From positions 1 through 51,269 of the forward strand of contig JAVECL010000109.1 of assembly GCA_051942245.1 (NCBI GenBank): 51,269 bases of DNA. The letters run 5' to 3'. Made by a program: the position numbers and the translations under genes. This document shows positions 49,001 through 51,269 of the stretch, one piece after another; the stretch's first letter is position 1, and every line of letters starts with the position of its first letter. This DNA comes from Trypethelium eluteriae. Taxonomy: Eukaryota. The notes under the pieces were generated by a model. That model was given only the letters and a program-made list of their open reading frames with translations, ran no database searches and was not told the DNA's origin.

Positions 49001-49305
49001 AAGCCTATGTTGAGGGAAGCTTGGACAAGAAAGCTCGATGTGCCGACTTGCTCCTGGGAAATGGCGAAGTGCTCGGTCTTGGCGAACGTCATGTGCATGC
49101 TAGTGACGTACTTCGAGCTTTGGATCAGCATAAGGTTCCCACTGAGCCGTATACTTGGTATTCGGAAATGAGGGAGACGAAGCCTATCCAAACCACAGGA
49201 TGAGGCATGGGTGTTGAGCGTTTTCTAGCCTGGCTCTTCCAGCACAATGATATTCGTGACTTGGTCACTATGCCAAGGATGAAGGGCTCTTCATTCTCTG
49301 TCTAA
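46058..49305 (+). CDS. Fusion of Ntn asparaginase/isoaspartyl peptidase + 2 HIT-like domains + Asn/Asp-tRNA-synthetase-like catalytic domain; exons 46058-46303, 46364-46776, 47085-49305; in-frame TGA at 49201-49203 (possible pseudogene)
   Basis: VIHGG, LEDCPLFNAGKG, nucleophile GTVG, STGG, GRVGD, CSGAGDE; HIT-like NLFARLVRGE..WETDEHVAFL..EGFEIDYAHIKLVP; class II motif 2 FRGE..HLNQFHHVECE and motif 3 G*GMGVERF. Confidence 0.85.
46797..46977. mobile_element. MITE-like foldback element (181 bp) inside intron 2 of the fusion gene
   Basis: Left end ccttgccgcggctggggggttcctcagctggtaatcaatacaatgt is the near reverse complement of right end acattgtattaattacccgttgaggaaccccccagccgcggtaagg; TA on both flanks; central ccatgttaa-ggcggcg-ttaacatgg. 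Confidence 0.8.
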
Positions 49306-49324
49306 TACTCTCGAAATACCATTC

Positions 49325-49364
49325 TATTGATTACCAGTTGAGGAACCCCCCAGCCGCGGTAAGG
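49325..49364. repeat. Solo terminal-inverted-repeat fragment of the same element
   Basis: tattgattaccagttgaggaaccccccagccgcggtaagg is nearly identical to the element end at 46938-46977. Confidence 0.8.
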
Positions 49365-49490
49365 TGTTCTGATTGCTGTCATTCTTGAAACTACTGCGTT
49401 GGTATCTTACATGATTCGACTGAATGATGGACTCGATATCTTACACGATCTCCCTTGCTGATGTACCTTCATCACCACAAATGAAAGCAA

Positions 49491-49620
49491 ATGCCAACTT
49501 TACTGTTGTGACCTTGTTGACCCATGTTAACGCCGCCTTACATGGGCCAACATGATCATAATGGTCATAACAGTTAAACTGAGGTAACATTGTATTAATT
49601 ACTAGTTGAGGAAGCCCCCG
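49491..49620 (-). mobile_element. Truncated, inverted second copy of the MITE-like element
   Basis: ccatgttaacgccgccttacatgggccaac...aaactgaggtaacattgtattaattactagttgaggaagccccc is the diverged reverse complement of about 46810-46930. Confidence 0.75.
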
Positions 49621-49639
49621 GTCTCAAACACACCCGGCG

Positions 49640-49752
49640 GGGAAGAAGAGGTGAGAGACGACGGGCAAGAGAGAGGGGAGGAGGAGGGAGATGAGGAGGA
49701 GGAGGAAGAGAAGAAGAGAGAGAAGAGGGAGGGGAAGAAGAAGGTGGAGAAC
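49640..49752 (+). repeat. Polypurine (GA-rich) low-complexity tract
   Basis: Almost exclusively G/A with gag/gaa iterations. Confidence 0.7.
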
Positions 49753-50104
49753 GACGTGGTCACTGGGCCGTCTGCAACACAGTAGAGTTATTCCTTACAG
49801 GTAGTATCCCCGTGTATTCACCCAACGGCAAAGACATGGTCGTTGATAGCTTAGATGACCCGCAGTAAGGTACCTTTCAAATACAGTCATGCCAAAAAGG
49901 TGTCCGAACGTTGGTACGGGAAAATTGTTGGGGGGTTGCCCGAACAATTTTAGTACTGTAATAAATACTTGCATTGAATAGGTACCTATAGTGGTGGGGT
50001 GCGCCAATTTCCTAATTGCCTGTGAGAGAAGTACATGTACTCTACCTAGTATTCCAGCCCAAGCTCTGGATGCAAACCGCACTTCGACCTTAAAACAATA
50101 CAAA

Positions 50105-51269
50105 ATGCCCCACGCAACAATGCCTTCTGTGGGTTTCCAGGCTATTATTCTCTGCGGGCCTGGAGAATCCATGAGCACATTTACGTCCAATCGAAAAGAT
50201 TTCCCTAAAGCTTTGATACCTATCGCAAACCGACCCATGGTATGGTATCCTTTGGATTGGTGCTATCGTATGGGAGTGACAAGTAGGTCGTGAGTTCTGC
50301 TTTGATTACACTAAAGTGTCGTTGACTGAGAAACATTAAAGACATTCACCTGGTCACACCTCCTGAATCCGCCAGTGCAATAGAAGCAGCGTTGTCGCAA
50401 AACCCTTACCTTACCTCACTCCCGTCCCCCAAACCCGATGTGCTTGCACCTAAAGACCTGACTCAGACTACTGGAACCGGCGAGATATTCAGATTGCCAG
50501 AGGTTCAACGGGAAATAACTGGAGACTTCATAGTCTTGCCTTGCGACATAATTTGCGAGCTTGAAGGAACATCTTTCCTTGAGTCATGGATGGTTCAAGA
50601 AGCTGGATTAGGTGGCGCGACTGGCGGCATTGGTGACAATGGGCCAATCAAGTCAGGCTCAGGAGGAGAGAAAAAGGGAAGGAGAGGTGGACTTGCTATT
50701 TGGTATCCTACCAAAGGGGAGAACAGCATTAAAGATGAAGAGACAGACTTCGTAGCTACTACACCTCTATCAGCCCCGATCGTCGCTCCTCCTGCAAGCT
50801 CTTTACGGCCAGACATTGGAAACCTAGTCTATTCAATGCCAACGGATACGTTGAACGATGTGGTGGAAGAGCATGGGGGCTTTCCGATAAGACATTCGCT
50901 GCTGAGGAAACACGGCCGAATAAAGATGGAGACGAACTACCGCAACGCCCACATCTTCTTCTTTCCCTACTGGATTCTTGAGATGATCAAGCGGAACGAA
51001 GTCATCGAAAATATCAGTGAAGACGTGCTGGGCTGGTGGGCAAAAGCAGGATGGCAGACAGGCCTAGGCGACAAGCTCGGCTTGCGGGAAGTCCTATCAA
51101 GCTCTTCGACCCCCAATGAGGACATGCACGAATCTACCGATCTGGACGGTATGCTGGACGATGAAGTCGACGTCGCTAGCTTAAGCAGTACCTGGACATC
51201 GCCATCAACCAAGCACCCCTCCCATCAAACCCCTTTGGACACTTCCAACAGCCTCATATCCCCCACCGC
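50105..51269 (+). CDS. GCD1: Translation initiation factor eIF2B gamma subunit, 5' part (exon 50105-50282, exon 50342 to beyond the window end)
   Basis: GFQAIILCGPG, FPKALIPIANRPMVWYPLDWC, TTGTGEIFRLPEV, DFIVLPCDIICE. Confidence 0.92.

Noticed and set aside
49201..49203. TGA as selenocysteine, alternative genetic code or RIP product
   Set aside because: TGA is a normal stop in neighbouring genes; the position expects an aromatic residue rather than Cys; the implied C-to-T change is not in a CpA context and the gene is not AT-enriched
44300..49900. Possible Starship or autonomous transposon carrying the accessory module
   Set aside because: No tyrosine recombinase or transposase ORF and no matching boundary repeats identified

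Overview
Gene-dense genomic DNA from a filamentous ascomycete (Pezizomycotina; short GT-AG introns with CTRAC branch sites). It holds about 22 protein-coding genes. Most are conserved housekeeping loci: GYP7, MSO1, a phosphatidylserine decarboxylase, TRM9, HUL4, RPL15, a CHS7-family chaperone, SSL1, flavocytochrome b2, PAC3, DHR1, ITT1, CAX4, SLD7, a PEX22-like gene and GCD1. Probable lineage-specific or accessory genes are a GH55 glucanase, a subtilisin, a divergent USP and a single-pass membrane protein. The stand-out segment is 44.8-49.9 kb, between the PEX22-like gene and GCD1. A small P-loop kinase-like gene is followed by a ~959-codon fusion of Ntn-asparaginase/isoaspartyl peptidase, two HIT-like domains and an anticodon-less Asn/Asp-tRNA-synthetase-like catalytic domain. 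This gene has an in-frame TGA inside synthetase motif 3 and a 181-bp hairpin MITE-like element in intron 2, with more fragments of that element just downstream. Several genes show sharp C-rich to G-rich skew switches. No rRNA, tRNA or CRISPR was recognised. Exon boundaries were read by eye, and family assignments come from motif recognition, not database searches.
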